From: Carcharhinus amblyrhynchos
Lineage: Eukaryota
Reading direction: 5' to 3'
DNA: 64,000 nt
Assembly: GCA_965287045.1 (NCBI GenBank)
Contig: OZ336886.1
Span: forward strand, 18,910,001-18,974,000
Shown in pieces: positions 25,051 through 38,429 of this stretch. Positions within the stretch are counted from its first letter, which is position 1. Each line of letters opens with the position of its first letter. The position numbers and the translations under genes were made by a program. The notes under the pieces were generated by a model that was not told where the DNA came from, searched no databases, and saw only the letters and a list, made by a program, of their open reading frames with translations.

Positions 25051-27117
25051 TTCTTCTTGAGCTTGGGGCTGAATCTTTAGGCCCTGATGGTGGCCTATTT
25101 TTTAAGACCACTGGCAAGGCTGTGAACAGTCCAGGTCAGTCTCAGCAGGTAAGAGGGGAATCAGTGAGCTGGAAATGGAGTTTCAGTACCCTAAAGACAT
25201 GGGCACCTGAGTCCAATGAAATGCTGCAATATCAAAGAGATTTAAAGATTAAACTACTAGGTTTTGTTCAGATTGAGTGCTTGCTGATGGTCTTTTGGTT
25301 TCCTCACACAATCAAATGCTCTTCATGCCAGCACTCCAGTTAATGTCAAACAGTGTGAAAAAGGAACATGAAAGCAGGTAGAAAAGAACAGAGAAAAATT
25401 CAATAAAAGAACCTTAAATGCTATTCATTATAATGGCTCACAACCTTCTTAGAGTGGAAATCACTGGCAGATTGCCATGCCAAAGCATCTGATCTTCACT
25501 CAATATCCAAAGCCCCTGTCTTGTCTCACCTTCCTGATTCAGGCTAGGTGAAAAGGAAACAATGAAGGAACTCAGAGGGTCTGGCAGCAAAGGGTAAAAG
25601 GAGCACAGCAGAGGAGGACGTGCCTCCTTTTTACAGCAGTAGCTGCTGTAAAGCAAATAAGTTTAAAGGGGTCATTGAAAGGGAGACAGTGGGTGGGATT
25701 TTACAGACTCGCATGTCTGGAAAGAGTAAAATCCCGCCCAAGGTCAACCCCTCACAGGGATATATTCTGAATTTAGCTGAATGGGAGACAGTGGACGGGA
25801 TTTTACAGCCTCGCCCTGAACCTGCATATCTTTCACCATGCTCTGCCCCTCGCAGTGATATATTCTGAATTTAGCTCAATGGGAATTCCCCTTGACAGTG
25901 ACAGGGCCAGAGAACCCCTCCGCCAGCTAACAAGGCGCCACCTCCCACTGGCAGGATACACGAGCCTTGGAGATCAGGGAGTCTCGTCCTTAGTTTCTTC
26001 CAAGGCTCAGAAAGGGATTACCCATTGTTCAATGTTGTCAGCAATAAACACTGGCAACCCTCTGAATTGCAATCATTCAAGGTTTTGTTTTCTCATCTCT
26101 CCAACCCAGCGTTGCCTCCCCGACTTCACTTACATTTAACAATCAAAATTCGCAAGCAAAGGATTTATTACTAAAACACAAGAATCATAAAATTAGACAT
26201 CTTCATAACAAGATTTTCTAAAAACTAGTTCTATTAGTTAAATGGTTGTATTTATAAATAAATAGGGGAAAAATTACCCAATTGGTAGTTTGCCAAATAC
26301 TAGCTGCAGGTGAAATTTCAGATAATGTTTTCTTTGCAAATATAATTTTTTCTTCCAAAAGAAATGCCAATCTATGATTTGGTGAGAAGCCAGACCAATT
26401 TGCCTCTCCATGTCCCAAGATTAACAAGCCTGCTTTTATCCTTTGTAAAAATGGGGTTTAATGGCTTGCTCAGAACACTCCAAGCCAAACACCCTGCACT
26501 GAGCTTCAAGCCAATCTCCCCTTTTTTGTTTACATACAGTGAGTGAATGCTAAGTTCAAACATATGAAGTTCCGCATTAGTGAATAGATTAAAGTGAATT
26601 AAAATACTCAGATTATAAAGAATCTGATATCCCATTCAGACATCAGAAGTTGATTTTCTCTGCATGAGAGGAGAGCTAAACCTGTGGAAAATATTAAAAT
26701 AACCTTCCGCGCAATTCTCTGACCCAGTGCACTGCCCAGGCTTTTCGAAGGAATCCATTTGTAAACATTTTAATTTGTCTCTATTATGGTGGCTGCCTGT
26801 TGGGGGGGGGAAAAAAAAAATCAAGTATGACAAGGACGGGTTTTTTTAAAAAAATTAAGGAATATTCTCCAGTTTGAATTTCCAAGGAGGTGCTTCTGGT
26901 TGCCGGAGATATCTTACACATGCCATTCACACCATTCCTCCTGGATATCAGGTCATGTTTGTTCAATTAACGGCAGACGATCGGAAATGAAAATTTAGCT
27001 GCTAACTGGGATGCTAAGCAGGACAATCAGGTGTATTTATTGGAAGCAATTTAAAGTGACTGAAGACTCCATTTACTGAGGTTTAATATCATTATTCAGA
27101 TAATAATAGATGGCTGG

Positions 27118-27817
27118 GTACCTAATCTGGGTGTACAGGTACACGGGTCACTGAAAGTGGCAATGCAAGTAGAGAAGGTGGTCAAGAAGGCATATGGAAT
27201 ACTTGCCTTCATCGGCCAGGGCATTGAGTTTAAAAATTGGCAAGTCATGATGCAGCTTTATAGAACCTTAGTTAGACTGCACTTGGAATATAGTGTTCAG
27301 TTTGGTCGCCACATTACCAGAAGGATGTGAAGGCTTTGGAGAGGGTACCGAAAAGGTTTACCAAAATGTTGCCTGGTATGGAAGGCATTAGCTATGAGGA
27401 GAGATTGGAGAACCTTGGTTTGTTCTCACTGGAACGACGGAGGTTGAAGGATGACATGATAGGAGTCTACATGATTATGACAGTGGATAGTCAGAAGGTT
27501 TTTCCCAGGGTGGAAGAGTCAATTACTAGGAGGCATAGGTTTAAGGTGCAAGGGGCAAGGTTTAAAGGAGATGTATAAAGCAGATTTTTTACACAGAGAG
27601 TTGTGGATGCCTGGAACTCGTTGCCGGGGGAGCTAGTGGAAGCAGATACAGCAGCAACTTTTAAGGGGCATCTTGACAAATACATGAATAGCATGGGAAT
27701 AGACAGATATGTTTCCTGGAAGGGAAGGGGGTTTTAGTTCAGTCAGGTAGCAAGGTCAGTGCAGGCTTGGAGGGCTGAAGGGCCTGATCACTGTGCTGTA
27801 ATTTTCTTTGTTCTTTG
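27118..27817 (+). mobile_element. HER1/CR1 LINE 3' fragment
   Basis: KALERVPKRFTKMLPGMEGISYEERLENLGLFSLERRRL; tail TTCTTTGTTCTTTG. Confidence 0.92.
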
Positions 27818-28141
27818 TAACATCTGGCAACACAGGGGTGGTGAAGAATTAATAAAATGTTTATCACAATATTTGCTGAAATCTGGTTCAGAAATGCTTT
27901 CCTCTCATTTTCACATGTCGTATTTGGGCCTGGTTGAGAATGTTACAAGCTGATTATGGATATCAAAACAATGCGTGGCAACTGCATAATTACACAGGAG
28001 TCCCTCGATGAAAATGTTGTGGACACAGAATTTTCCTGAAGTACCTCATGTTTTCATTTACATCACTAGAGATGCTTAGAAAAATAGATAAATCCATGTT
28101 TCAAGTTTAGGTAAAACACTACATTGAGTGCACAAATAATA

Positions 28142-28685
28142 CAGAATAGAATAGAATCCCTACAATCTGCCTCATACATCTCCTTTAAACCTTGCCCCTT
28201 GCACCTTAAACCTATGCCCCCTAGTAATTGACTCTTCCACCCTGGGAAAAACCTTCTGACTATCCGCTGTCATAATCTTGTAGACTTCTATCATGTCACC
28301 CTTCAACCTCCGTCGTTCCAGTGAGAACAAACCAAGTTTCTCCAATCTCTCCTCATAGCTAATGGCCTCCATACTAGCCAACATTTCTATATAAGAAACA
28401 GGCCTCTCAGCCCATCAAGCCTGCACCAACAACAATCCCACGCAAGCCCTATTCCCATAACCCCATGTATTTAAAATGCTAATCCTCTAACATTAAGGGG
28501 CAATTTAGTATGGCCAACCCATCTAACCTGCACATCTTTGGAGTGTCAGAGGAAGCCACAGCACCCAAAGGAAACGCACGCAGATAAATGGAGACCATAC
28601 AAACTCCACATAGGCAGTTACCCGAGGCCAGAATTGAACCCAGGTCCCTGCCACTGTGAGGCAGCAGTGCTGACCACTGTGTCAC
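28142..28685 (-). mobile_element. HE1 SINE whose tail is interrupted by an internal CR1 fragment (28164-28386)
   Basis: SINE tail AGAATCCCTACA is separated from AGGCC..CAGCCCATC by ~220 bp of CR1 ORF2. Confidence 0.87.
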
Positions 28686-29634
28686 GTGATTATAATAATC
28701 CATAAAGACGGTTTTGGTGCTAATGTATATGACTGAGTACAAATCCAAAGTAATCAATCCTAAATCGTACAATGCTATCATCAAATTGCATCCTGACTAC
28801 CGTCACCCATTATGGTCATTGGAGAGAGACTTTGGAGAACAGTGCACATACAAATAATAAGACTGCTCTCTAACAATAGCATTCTGAAATACCTCTGTGG
28901 AGGCACAAAGGATAGTAAATGCACAGTCTCATTCTGCAGTTTGATTCAAAGCTAACAATGAAACCAGGACAAAATGACAAAGGTAAATATATTTAGGACT
29001 GTCAGGAAGTTCGCTTTCCCACTTAAAAGTCACTGCATTGAGATGTGAAATGGAGCTAAAAAGATTTATGTAACAGCCAGATACTGTAAAATAAATCATA
29101 TTCTTTCTGAATGGGTGAACTATTAGGGGTGAGTGGATTTCCTCATGTGCAATAATCTTTCTTAAAATTAACTCAGGCAATGACTTCATCATTACTTTCA
29201 GGACAGATTTCTATCTTACTACTGGTTGTAAGACTAGGGTTGGGTGGCAATTGGCTGTGCACTATAGAAATTGTCTGATTTTCATTACCACTGATTTAAA
29301 TGGAGCATAATTTCTGTACAGGTGTCTCATCCACAATGCCTGTTTTATGCTGGCTGCTAAAAGTATAATCCACCAATCTGAAATAGCTTTCTTACCCATA
29401 GTCTTTGAGTTCAGTACTGATTTAATTAACAGTAGACAATGTAACAATGGACGAAATAGAAAATATATATATTCAACATGCTGTATTCAAAATTAAATCT
29501 ATCAGAACACTTAAAAAAAAAACCCCTCATAATTGCTTCCATTTTACTAAAAGCTAAATCTGGATCGAATAGGGTTTCAGCCCAGAATGAGGAAGTGTAT
29601 GAAGTGACTCGAGATCCAAATGATGATACTTTAC

Positions 29635-29784
29635 ATCTTTAACCCGATCCACGAAGATGATTAACTTCTGAATCATGCGGGCCACAAAAATAACGTCCAT
29701 CATGTCTGCGAAGTTAGCTGCAGCTCCTGTGTAGGTCATCAGTTGGTGAGCAAAAGCAAGAACATTGGTGGCATTCACTGGAAT
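29635..29784 (-). CDS. ADGRA2: ADGRA2 coding exon, GAIN domain subdomain A
   Basis: IPVNATNVLAFAHQLMTYTGAAANFADMMDVIFVARMIQKLIIFVDRVKD (AHQL, DMMDV, MIQK are ADGRA2-type). Acceptor gatttcag, donor GAT|gtaaag; 150 nt, phase 0-0. Confidence 0.95.
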
Positions 29785-32226
29785 CTGAAATCACATATTA
29801 CTTTTAATTAGTGCTCTCAAAAGTACAGAAAATGATAAACCACTTGTCTTCACGCTCAATTAACCATAAACTGAAGTGTTGAATGCAGACTGCAATTTGA
29901 TTTCCACACATGCAAAACCTTCTTTTGTTGTCAAAGAGTGTAGAGGCGGGTAGAAGGCCTCACACATAGTCCAATAGCCATTCTGTGGCAGAACATTCAG
30001 ACAGAATAAATACATCCTTATGTTCAGTAAGCACTATCGGCATGTGCCATTCCTGGCAAAAATTAGATTTGATGACAAAATTGAACTCTAGATGAAATGA
30101 GACTTAAGACTGGTACATTGAGTTTCCACACAGAGTTGGGGTTACCTACATTTGGTGCCTTTTGGGACTACATTTTCTTTTTGATAAATTATTTTATGCA
30201 ATAGAATACACTATGTAATAATAGCTGAGATATATAATTTATCTGTGTCTGGAAGTTTGGTCGTAATCACTTCCTAGAAACTACTGCATTCATAATTACT
30301 TAGCTATGTAGCAGCGAAGTCAGTCAGACTTTTACATTCAAATTCATTCAAGTGCAGTGACTCTTGTGCGTCACCTACTATTTCTATCTGACTGCACTTC
30401 AGTAAGAAAAACTTGAGAAATTTTTAAGTCAAAACTAACTTGATCAAAAAAAGGTATCGGGCAAAAAGAACAACCTTATAGGCAATATAAGGTCTATATT
30501 GTGAAGTATATATGGACAATGTCTGTAAACTGAGAAAGCTGAACCAGGTTCACTGTGCATTTTTGCATCTCAACAACTGAAATTAGAACCAATATAAGTC
30601 TTGGTAGTACTTTAATTAAAATACTTCATTGCTTTTACATCACTTCTTTTATTCTATTGACTTTGCATGAATTGATGAACTATCATATACCGCCATTATA
30701 TACGAAGGCTGGGATTTTCCAGACCTGCGAAGAATTCAGAGGCAGCCACATGGGTTGCCGGGTGTCAAGGTGGATTGGTTAAAAGGCCTGCTTTGCTGCT
30801 CTGGGATGTCTTTCCAGTTGTTAAAAAATATGCAGGGAAACTAAAAGCAGTCCTCAAGCCCTTAGATCCACCTACCCCCCCACCCCCACTCCCGAACACC
30901 ACCCCCCTCCTTGCCTTCACATATTTTCCATGCCAATGCAAGCCAACCCATAGTTTCTCATGCCTTCCCCGCCCACCACTCATGGCCCATGATACCCTCA
31001 AAGCCAAGCTATGCCCCCCTATTTCACAGTAACTTCATTGCAATGTCAATGTAAGCCTACTTGTGACACTCAAATAAACTTTCTAACCACTTCATGGTCT
31101 CTCATAACCTCCAAGCCAACATTTGCCCACTTGGTTGCTCATATCTTTCATGCCAACCTACGTCCCTTGACCCAATCCTTATATTTAATGCCAAGTCATA
31201 CCAGCCCATGAGCCACACTCAACCACATGGCACTTTATATCCCTATGCTAACGAATGCCTGGCACTCATTCCCTTTATAGTCCCTATGCAAAATTAGTAC
31301 CAACCCACATCCCCATCCACCCTCCTAGCCTCATATAATCCAATACCAACTTAGTGCAAGTCACCAACTACCACTCTTTGTTCTTCCATTCTCTATATTA
31401 GTTCATCCAGTATCCACCATGGGCAGGCCTTAGGAATCATGGCAAGATTAAATAAAGTTCTAAGTATCGATTGCAGATTACTTTTAGAAATGTCACTAAT
31501 AAAAGCCCATTCAATACAATTAATGGTGTGAAGAGTGGGGTCCCTCCTTCCTGATGCTGGGTCCCGCAATCGGGTACTGAATGTCTTTGCATGAAGGACT
31601 ACCTCTCCCATGCCATGCCCCTCTCTTCCTCCCCCATGACCCGGAAGCCTACAAGCAGTCACACACAGGTTTTCTTGAAATGGTGCTGCATGGTGAGGCC
31701 CCTGCCTGCTGCTAGGTGAATACCAGCTACAGTGGCAAGCGAGAGCAGGAAGGTACCACCAATCACAGACTTAATCAGGTTAGAGGGCTAACCAGCCTGC
31801 CATCCTCTTATCTAAATAAATATCCCCTCACTACCAAACTTACCATGGAGAGGGCATTAAATTTCTCCCATGATTCCTACCAACAGTATAACAATCTTTC
31901 AACCAATCATGAAGTCTTGTTAGCAGCAGACAACTGGGGACCTGCCATCCATACAATTAATTCTAAAAGCAGGCTGTTCAAAGAGGAGGGATAACATTGG
32001 TTAAAAGTACAAAAGGAACATATCACATTTCAAATCCGACACCAAAGGTGAGAGTTTAATTAAATTCAGAGAAACATTAACAGTCAACATGCAACTGCTG
32101 GAATTTAAGCCAATGTTTAGTGGAATAGAACTAAATGGATTGTAAGAACACTTCACTGCAGTAACTTGAATTCCAAATTTTGGATATCTAGCCCTAAGTG
32201 AAAAACAAAGCTCAACAAATACAGAT

Positions 32227-32465
32227 TGGGTCACTGTCTGTGTGGAATCTGCATGTTCTCCCCATGTCTGCGTGGGTTTCCTTTGGATGCTCTGATTTCT
32301 TCCCACAGTCTGAAGGACATGCTGGTTAGGTGTATTGACCATGCTAAGTTCTCCTTCAGTGTATCCAAACAGGCGCTGGAGTATGGCGACTAGGGGATTT
32401 TCACAGCAACTTCATTGCAGTGTTAATGTAAACCTACATGTGACACTAAGAAATAAACTTAAACA
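32227..32465 (+). mobile_element. 5'-truncated V-SINE with type B tail
   Basis: V-domain plus CTTCATTGCAGTGTTAATGTAAACC..AATAAACTTAAAC. Confidence 0.88.
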
Positions 32466-34228
32466 TTTGATGGACATTCTAAGGCCTCTTCGTTTGTAGC
32501 ATAGTAAAAGTCATTTCTAATACTGCATTCTATATTAGAACTAAGATTGTGTAAGCTGATTTGTGACACTAATGAATAAACTTATGAACTTAAACTTAAA
32601 GAGCTACCGTCCAACTTTGCTAATGTCTTAGGCAATCTATACTGATGTTAGGATTACTGACTGAAATATGGATATGCTGGTCAGGATGTGAAGTAAAATG
32701 ATTGCAGGATATCATTTTGGTACAAATTCAATGCTGCACTATACCAATATCACCACAATTCGCAGCTCAAATGATCATGAAATACCCAAGATAATTCAAA
32801 GACTGTAGGATCTCTGTGGGCACCTGTAGAAAATGCTGGCTTTATTTTGCACCACCTCTGTTAACTGCAGTATAAATGCAGTCCAAATCTGGAGTCAGAG
32901 TGCAACCTGGCAACAGAAAAAAGCAGAGCGAGACACCATAGAAGAAAATTTGCTCCAATCTGCTTCGCAGTCAGTCTGAGCTTTCACCCTCAACATACAC
33001 AGCACAAATTTAATATCCGTGTAAAGCTAAATTCATTTTGCATGGACACTAAGCTTGTAGTGTGAATACTGACAAATTCATGGATTTTTTCCAGTTCAGT
33101 AACGGGTCACCTAGACAGTCAAGTCTATGCTATTGATTCTTGCCCACATGAGCCACCTGGTATGAACACACATTCCCAGCTCCCTTTAACATTCTGATTC
33201 CACAATCTAATACTCTTTCAAAGCAATTTATGGCCTCGGCCTGAATGACAGTGTGCAGGACAAAATTCCACATTCTAATGACAGAAACAGAAATCTCTCA
33301 ATTATGAAGTTTTTGCAGTTGGGATTAAGACACATCCTTTTGCTCTTTGCCCTGTTACTGCTGACTCAAATGCTGCAACAAGTATTCATGACCCTTGATG
33401 CTGCTTAACTTGTTGAGATAAATTGACGGATAAGGAAATAAGGGGAGGATATAAGTTCTGGGGTTCACATTGAAATTGTCAAATTGAACACTCCTGTATT
33501 GCTTGAGAGTCCAGAAGAACAAAGAAGTATTAGCAAGTTCTTTCCTGCGATTAGCACTTGAGCTAAATATACTGTTGGATTTTTTAAAATCATAATTTGA
33601 TGTGCTCTTCGCTACAGTTGCTGAGGTCAAAGTTGAAAAGGGTCTCTTGTTGAGGACTTTCAGCCTTAACCTTGCCAAGCACCTACACAAATTAACCAGA
33701 ATTCTCCCTCAACCAAGAAAATGGAGTCAATCCTGCTATCTGGAGCATCGTCACACACTGAACAAAAAGATTTCAATCTATTATCGTAACAAAGCCACGA
33801 GGACAAATCATATGATTAGAAGCTGCAATTTCCTTTATCTTCTTTGTGGCATTTTAAATAAATGCAGCTCAGCAGCAGTAACAAAGAGCTAGTCAGATAA
33901 CACCATCAGATGCAGAGTTCTGAGTAAATAGGTCTAATCTTCCATCAAAACACAACTAAAGTGAAGCAATTATTCACAATAGTTTTATTCATTAAGTTAA
34001 CCTAAAACCTCCTGATGCCACAGATATATTGCAGTCTACTGCCACAGGCCCAGATTTTGCTCACTGCAGACTTAAAGAAAGCTGCCAACAAAGATTTAGT
34101 GATCTTGGTGACATGGATTTCAGCTTTGTGATGTTAAGTTCATTCCAGCAGAAGCCATAACCTGGCTGATTTTTTCCCAAGGGGATGGGAAGCAAAAGTT
34201 GGGATTGGGTGTTATTTTGGACTGCCGT

Positions 34229-34440
34229 GATGTGGAGGTGCCAGCGTTGGACTAGGGCGGGCACAGTAAGTTGCCTCAACAGCAGGTTAAAGTCCAACAA
34301 GTTTATCTGCAGCAACATGAGCTTTCAGAGCACTGCTCCTTCATCAGGTGAGTCACCTGATGAAGGAGCAGTGCTCTGAAAGCTCGTGCTACCAAATAAA
34401 CCTGTTGGATTTTAAATCTGGCGTTGAGAGACTTCTTATT
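34229..34440. mobile_element. Related palindromic Penelope-like hammerhead element
   Basis: Similar leader (GATGTGGAGGTGCC..GTTGGACT). Perfect 33-bp arms 34319-34351 / 34353-34385 inside longer imperfect arms. CTGATGA-A-GGAGC-AGT-GCTCT-GAAA-GCT-C-GTG at 34357-34388. Confidence 0.82.
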
Positions 34441-35588
34441 TTTGACAGTTCTTTCCTCTGTGCGAGGCTTTAACAGGCATTGAATCAGGATCCCTGTCCA
34501 GTTAAGGCTGGCTTGACAGAAGTTCCCAGCTGCAGTACAAGCTAAGTAAATGGGAAAGTGCCACTATAACCATTTTCTCATGAACTGAATATAAAATGAG
34601 AAAAGTAGCCAGGCCACTTGGGAAATCGTTTTACTTGAATGGCCTATGGCTGCATTCCCATCCAGGCAGGCAGGGAGGGCCTGGGGCACTGTCCTCCTGT
34701 CCTGCCATTGAGCTTCTGTCTCTAGGCAGCAGACCCTCCACCCCAACATGTTAGAAAACAGAGACCAACAGGAAAATCCCAGTCGGCTTCCTCAATATAC
34801 CTCTAACAATGAAACAAGCCGAAACGGCTGCCCACTCATGAAGGTGGGTGGCATTCCCCAGATTTGAACTCATGCCAAGCTAAATGGATGACAGCAGGAA
34901 TAAGGTCGGGATACTGACACACTGGCTGACCTCCTAATTTTCAGGCTCTGTCTGCCTCTGTTCCTGATATTGGTGGCATCTGAAAATAGTCGCAGGGATC
35001 TGTGGCATCCATGGAATCCGACAACAACACATCATCAAGTAGGCTAAGCAGCCAATCACGCTGGAGAATTTTCACAGACAGCAAACCATGACCTCTGTTA
35101 TCATTCGTTTTTTTAATCATTTTACAGAGAGGAGAATAAAGATTGGGACGTATACATGGAATTAAGGAAGAACCTGAAATATTTGACGAAAACTTGAAAA
35201 TATTATTTTAGAAATCTATGGACTTTTAAAAATCATGAAGAAGAAATTTGACATTCCACAAGTAAAAAATAGTTCTTTTTAGAGTCAGAGGTTTCCAGCA
35301 ATAATTATAACTTAGCATGTCATTGGAACCGCAGTCACAGCTCATTCAGTAAGGTGTAATATTTCTCAGGTTTTTCTTTATACGCAAGACCTGTCATGTT
35401 GACTAACAAGTTGACAGTCATGTCAATTCAAGAGATTTCCAAGATTTCTATTTGAGGGAACTTCAACGGTGCATCCTGAGGAGGATGGGTGAGTCAGTGA
35501 CAGCAACCTCTGAATTTCCATGTTTATGCACAAATGCTAGAAGTTGATGTGGGCTCCATAGCTGTCATAATTTGGACATGGTATGTTA

Positions 35589-38232
35589 AATGTAGATTAA
35601 TAGCTCTGTACCTTTTCAGTGTAGATTAGTAGCCCTGTACACTTCCAGCGTAGATTAGTAGCACTGTACTATTCCGGTGTAGATTAGTAGCACTGTACTA
35701 TTCCAGGTAAGATTAGTAGCACTGTACTATTCCAGGTTAGATTAGTAGCACTGTACTATTCCAGTGTAGATTAGTAGCACTGTACTATTCCAGTGTAGAT
35801 TAGTAGCACTGTACTATTCCAGTGTAGATTAGTAGCACTGTACTATTCCAGTGTAGATTAGTAGCGCTGTACTATTCCAGTGTAGATTAGTAGCGCTGTA
35901 CTATTCCAGTGTAGATTAGTAGTGCTGTACTATTCCAGTGTAGATTAGTAGCACTGTACTATTCCAGTGTAGATGAGAAGCACTTTGTTATTCCAATGTA
36001 GATTAGTAACATTGTGTTATTCCAGTATTGATTAGTTACACTGTACTAATTCAATGTAGATGAGTAGCATGGTACTATGTCAGTGTAGATTAGTAGAACT
36101 GCACTATTTCAGCATAGATGAGTAGAACTGTACCATTTCAGTGTAGATGGGTAGCACTGTACTATGTCAGTGTAGATTAGTAACATTGTACGATTCCAGT
36201 GTAGATTAGTAGCACTATACTATTCCAGTGTAGATTAGTAGCACTGTACTATTCCAGTGCAGATTTGTAGCACTGTACTGTTCCAATGTAGATGAGTAGC
36301 ACTGTACAATGTCAGTGTAGATGAGTAGCATGTTACTATGTCAGTGTAGATGAGTAGCATATTACTATGTCAGTGTAGATTAGTAGCAGTGTACTGTTCC
36401 AGCGTAGATTAGTAGCACTGTACAATGTCAGTGTAGATGAGCAACACATTACTATGTCAGCGTAGATTAGTAGCACTGTAGTATTCCAGTGTAGATTAGT
36501 GGCACTGTACTATGTCAGCGTAGATTAGTAGCACTGTACTGTCAGCGTAAATGAGTAGCAGAGTCCTATTTCAGTGAAGATTAGTAGCACTGTACTATTG
36601 TAGTGTAGATTAGTAGCACTATTATTCCAGTATAGATTAGTAGCACCACACTATTCTGTGTAGATAAATAGCAATGTATTATCCTAGTGTAGATTGATAG
36701 TACTGTACTATCTCAGTATAGATTAGTGCCACTGTACTATGTCAGTGTAGATGAGTAGCACTGTACTATGTCACTATAGGTTATTAGTAATTTACAATGT
36801 AGGTATAGATTAGTAGCACTGCATTATTCAGTGTCGATTAGTAGCGATGGACTATTGCAGTGCAGATTAATAGCACTGTACTATTCCATTGTGGATGAGT
36901 AGCATTGCACTACGTCAATGTAGATTAGTTGCACTGTACTATGTCAGCATACATTAGGAGCAATGTACTATTTCAATGTAGATTAGTGGCACTGTAATAT
37001 TTCAGTGTAGATTGGTGGCACTGCACTGTCAGGGTAGATTAGTAGCACTGTAATATTTCAGTGTAGATTAGTGGCACTGTAGTATGTCAGTGTAGATTAG
37101 TGGCACTGTGCTATTTCAATCTAGATTTGTGACACCGTACAATGTCAGTGTAGGTTAGTAGCACTGCACTATTCAGTGTAAATTAGTAGCAATGGACAAT
37201 TGCAGTGTACTATTCCAGTGTAGATGAGTAGCACTGTACTATGTTAATGTAGATTAGTGGCACTGTACTGTGTCAGTGTAGATGAGTAGCACTGTACTGT
37301 TCCAGTGTAGATGAGTAGCACCGTACTGTTCCAGTGTAGATGAGTAGCACCGTACTATTCCAGTGTAGATGAGTAGAACTGTACTATTTCACTGTAGATT
37401 AGTAGCACTGTACTACTTCAGTGTAGATTAGTGGCACTGTACTATTCCAGTGTAGATTAGTGGCACTGTACTATTCCAGTGTAGATGAGTGGCACTGTAC
37501 TATTCTAGAGTAGTTGAGTAGCACTGTACTATATCAGTGTAGATTAGTAGCACTGTACTATTCCAGTGTAGATGAGTAGCACTGTACTATTCTAGTGTAG
37601 ATGAGTAGCACTGTACTATTTCACTGTAGATTAGTAGCACTGTACTATTTCAGTGTAGATTAGTGGCACTGTACTATTCCAGTGTAGATGAGTAGCACTG
37701 TACTATATCAGTGTAGATGAGTAGCACTGTACTATATCAGTGTAGATGAGTAGCACTGTATTATTCTAGTGCAGATGAGCAGCACTGTACTATATCAGTG
37801 TAGATGAGTAGCACTGTACTATTCCAGTGTAGATGAGTAGCACTGTACTATTCCAGTGTAGATGAGTAGCACTATACTATTCCAGTGTAGATGGGAAGAC
37901 TGTGTTATTCCAGTGTAGATTAGTAACTTTGTATTACTCCAGTATAGATTAGTAGCACTATACTATGTCAATGTAGATGAGTAGCACAGTACTATGTCAG
38001 TGTAGATGAGTAGCACTGTACTATTCCAGTGTAGATTAGCAGCACTATACTATTCCTGTGTAGATTGGTAGCACTGTACTATTTCAGTGTAGCTGAGAAG
38101 CACTGTGTTATTCCAGTGTAGATTAGTAACATTGTACTATTCCCATTTAGATTAGTAGCACTGTATGATGTCAGTGTAGATTAGTAGCACTTTACTATAA
38201 ATGTAGATTAGTAGACCTGTACTATTTCAGTG
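35589..38232. repeat. Tandem array of a 29-bp unit (~90 copies), consensus AGTGTAGATTAGTAGCACTGTACTATTCC
   Basis: Unit starts recur at 35763, 35792 and 35821 (period 29). Near-perfect blocks at ~35700-35960 and ~37290-37870, more degenerate elsewhere. Confidence 0.97.
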
Positions 38233-38429
38233 GCTCCTGTTGGCATGACATCTTCAGACCAATTTGTTGTGTTGTGTTGTAAAAGCATGTGAGGCCTTGT
38301 TTTTGTCAAGCACCTTATTATGTTGCCCAGCAATATCTCAAAGCAGTCCATATTGCTATAGCTGACTTTGATACTAAACTTTTTAAAATGTTTGATCCTG
38401 TGGTTTGATGTTCCTCAGCTCAGCAAGGT

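Noticed and set aside
35589-38232. 29-bp partly palindromic repeats resembling a CRISPR array
   Set aside because: Units are directly adjacent with no unique spacers, there are no cas genes, and the context is a vertebrate intron.
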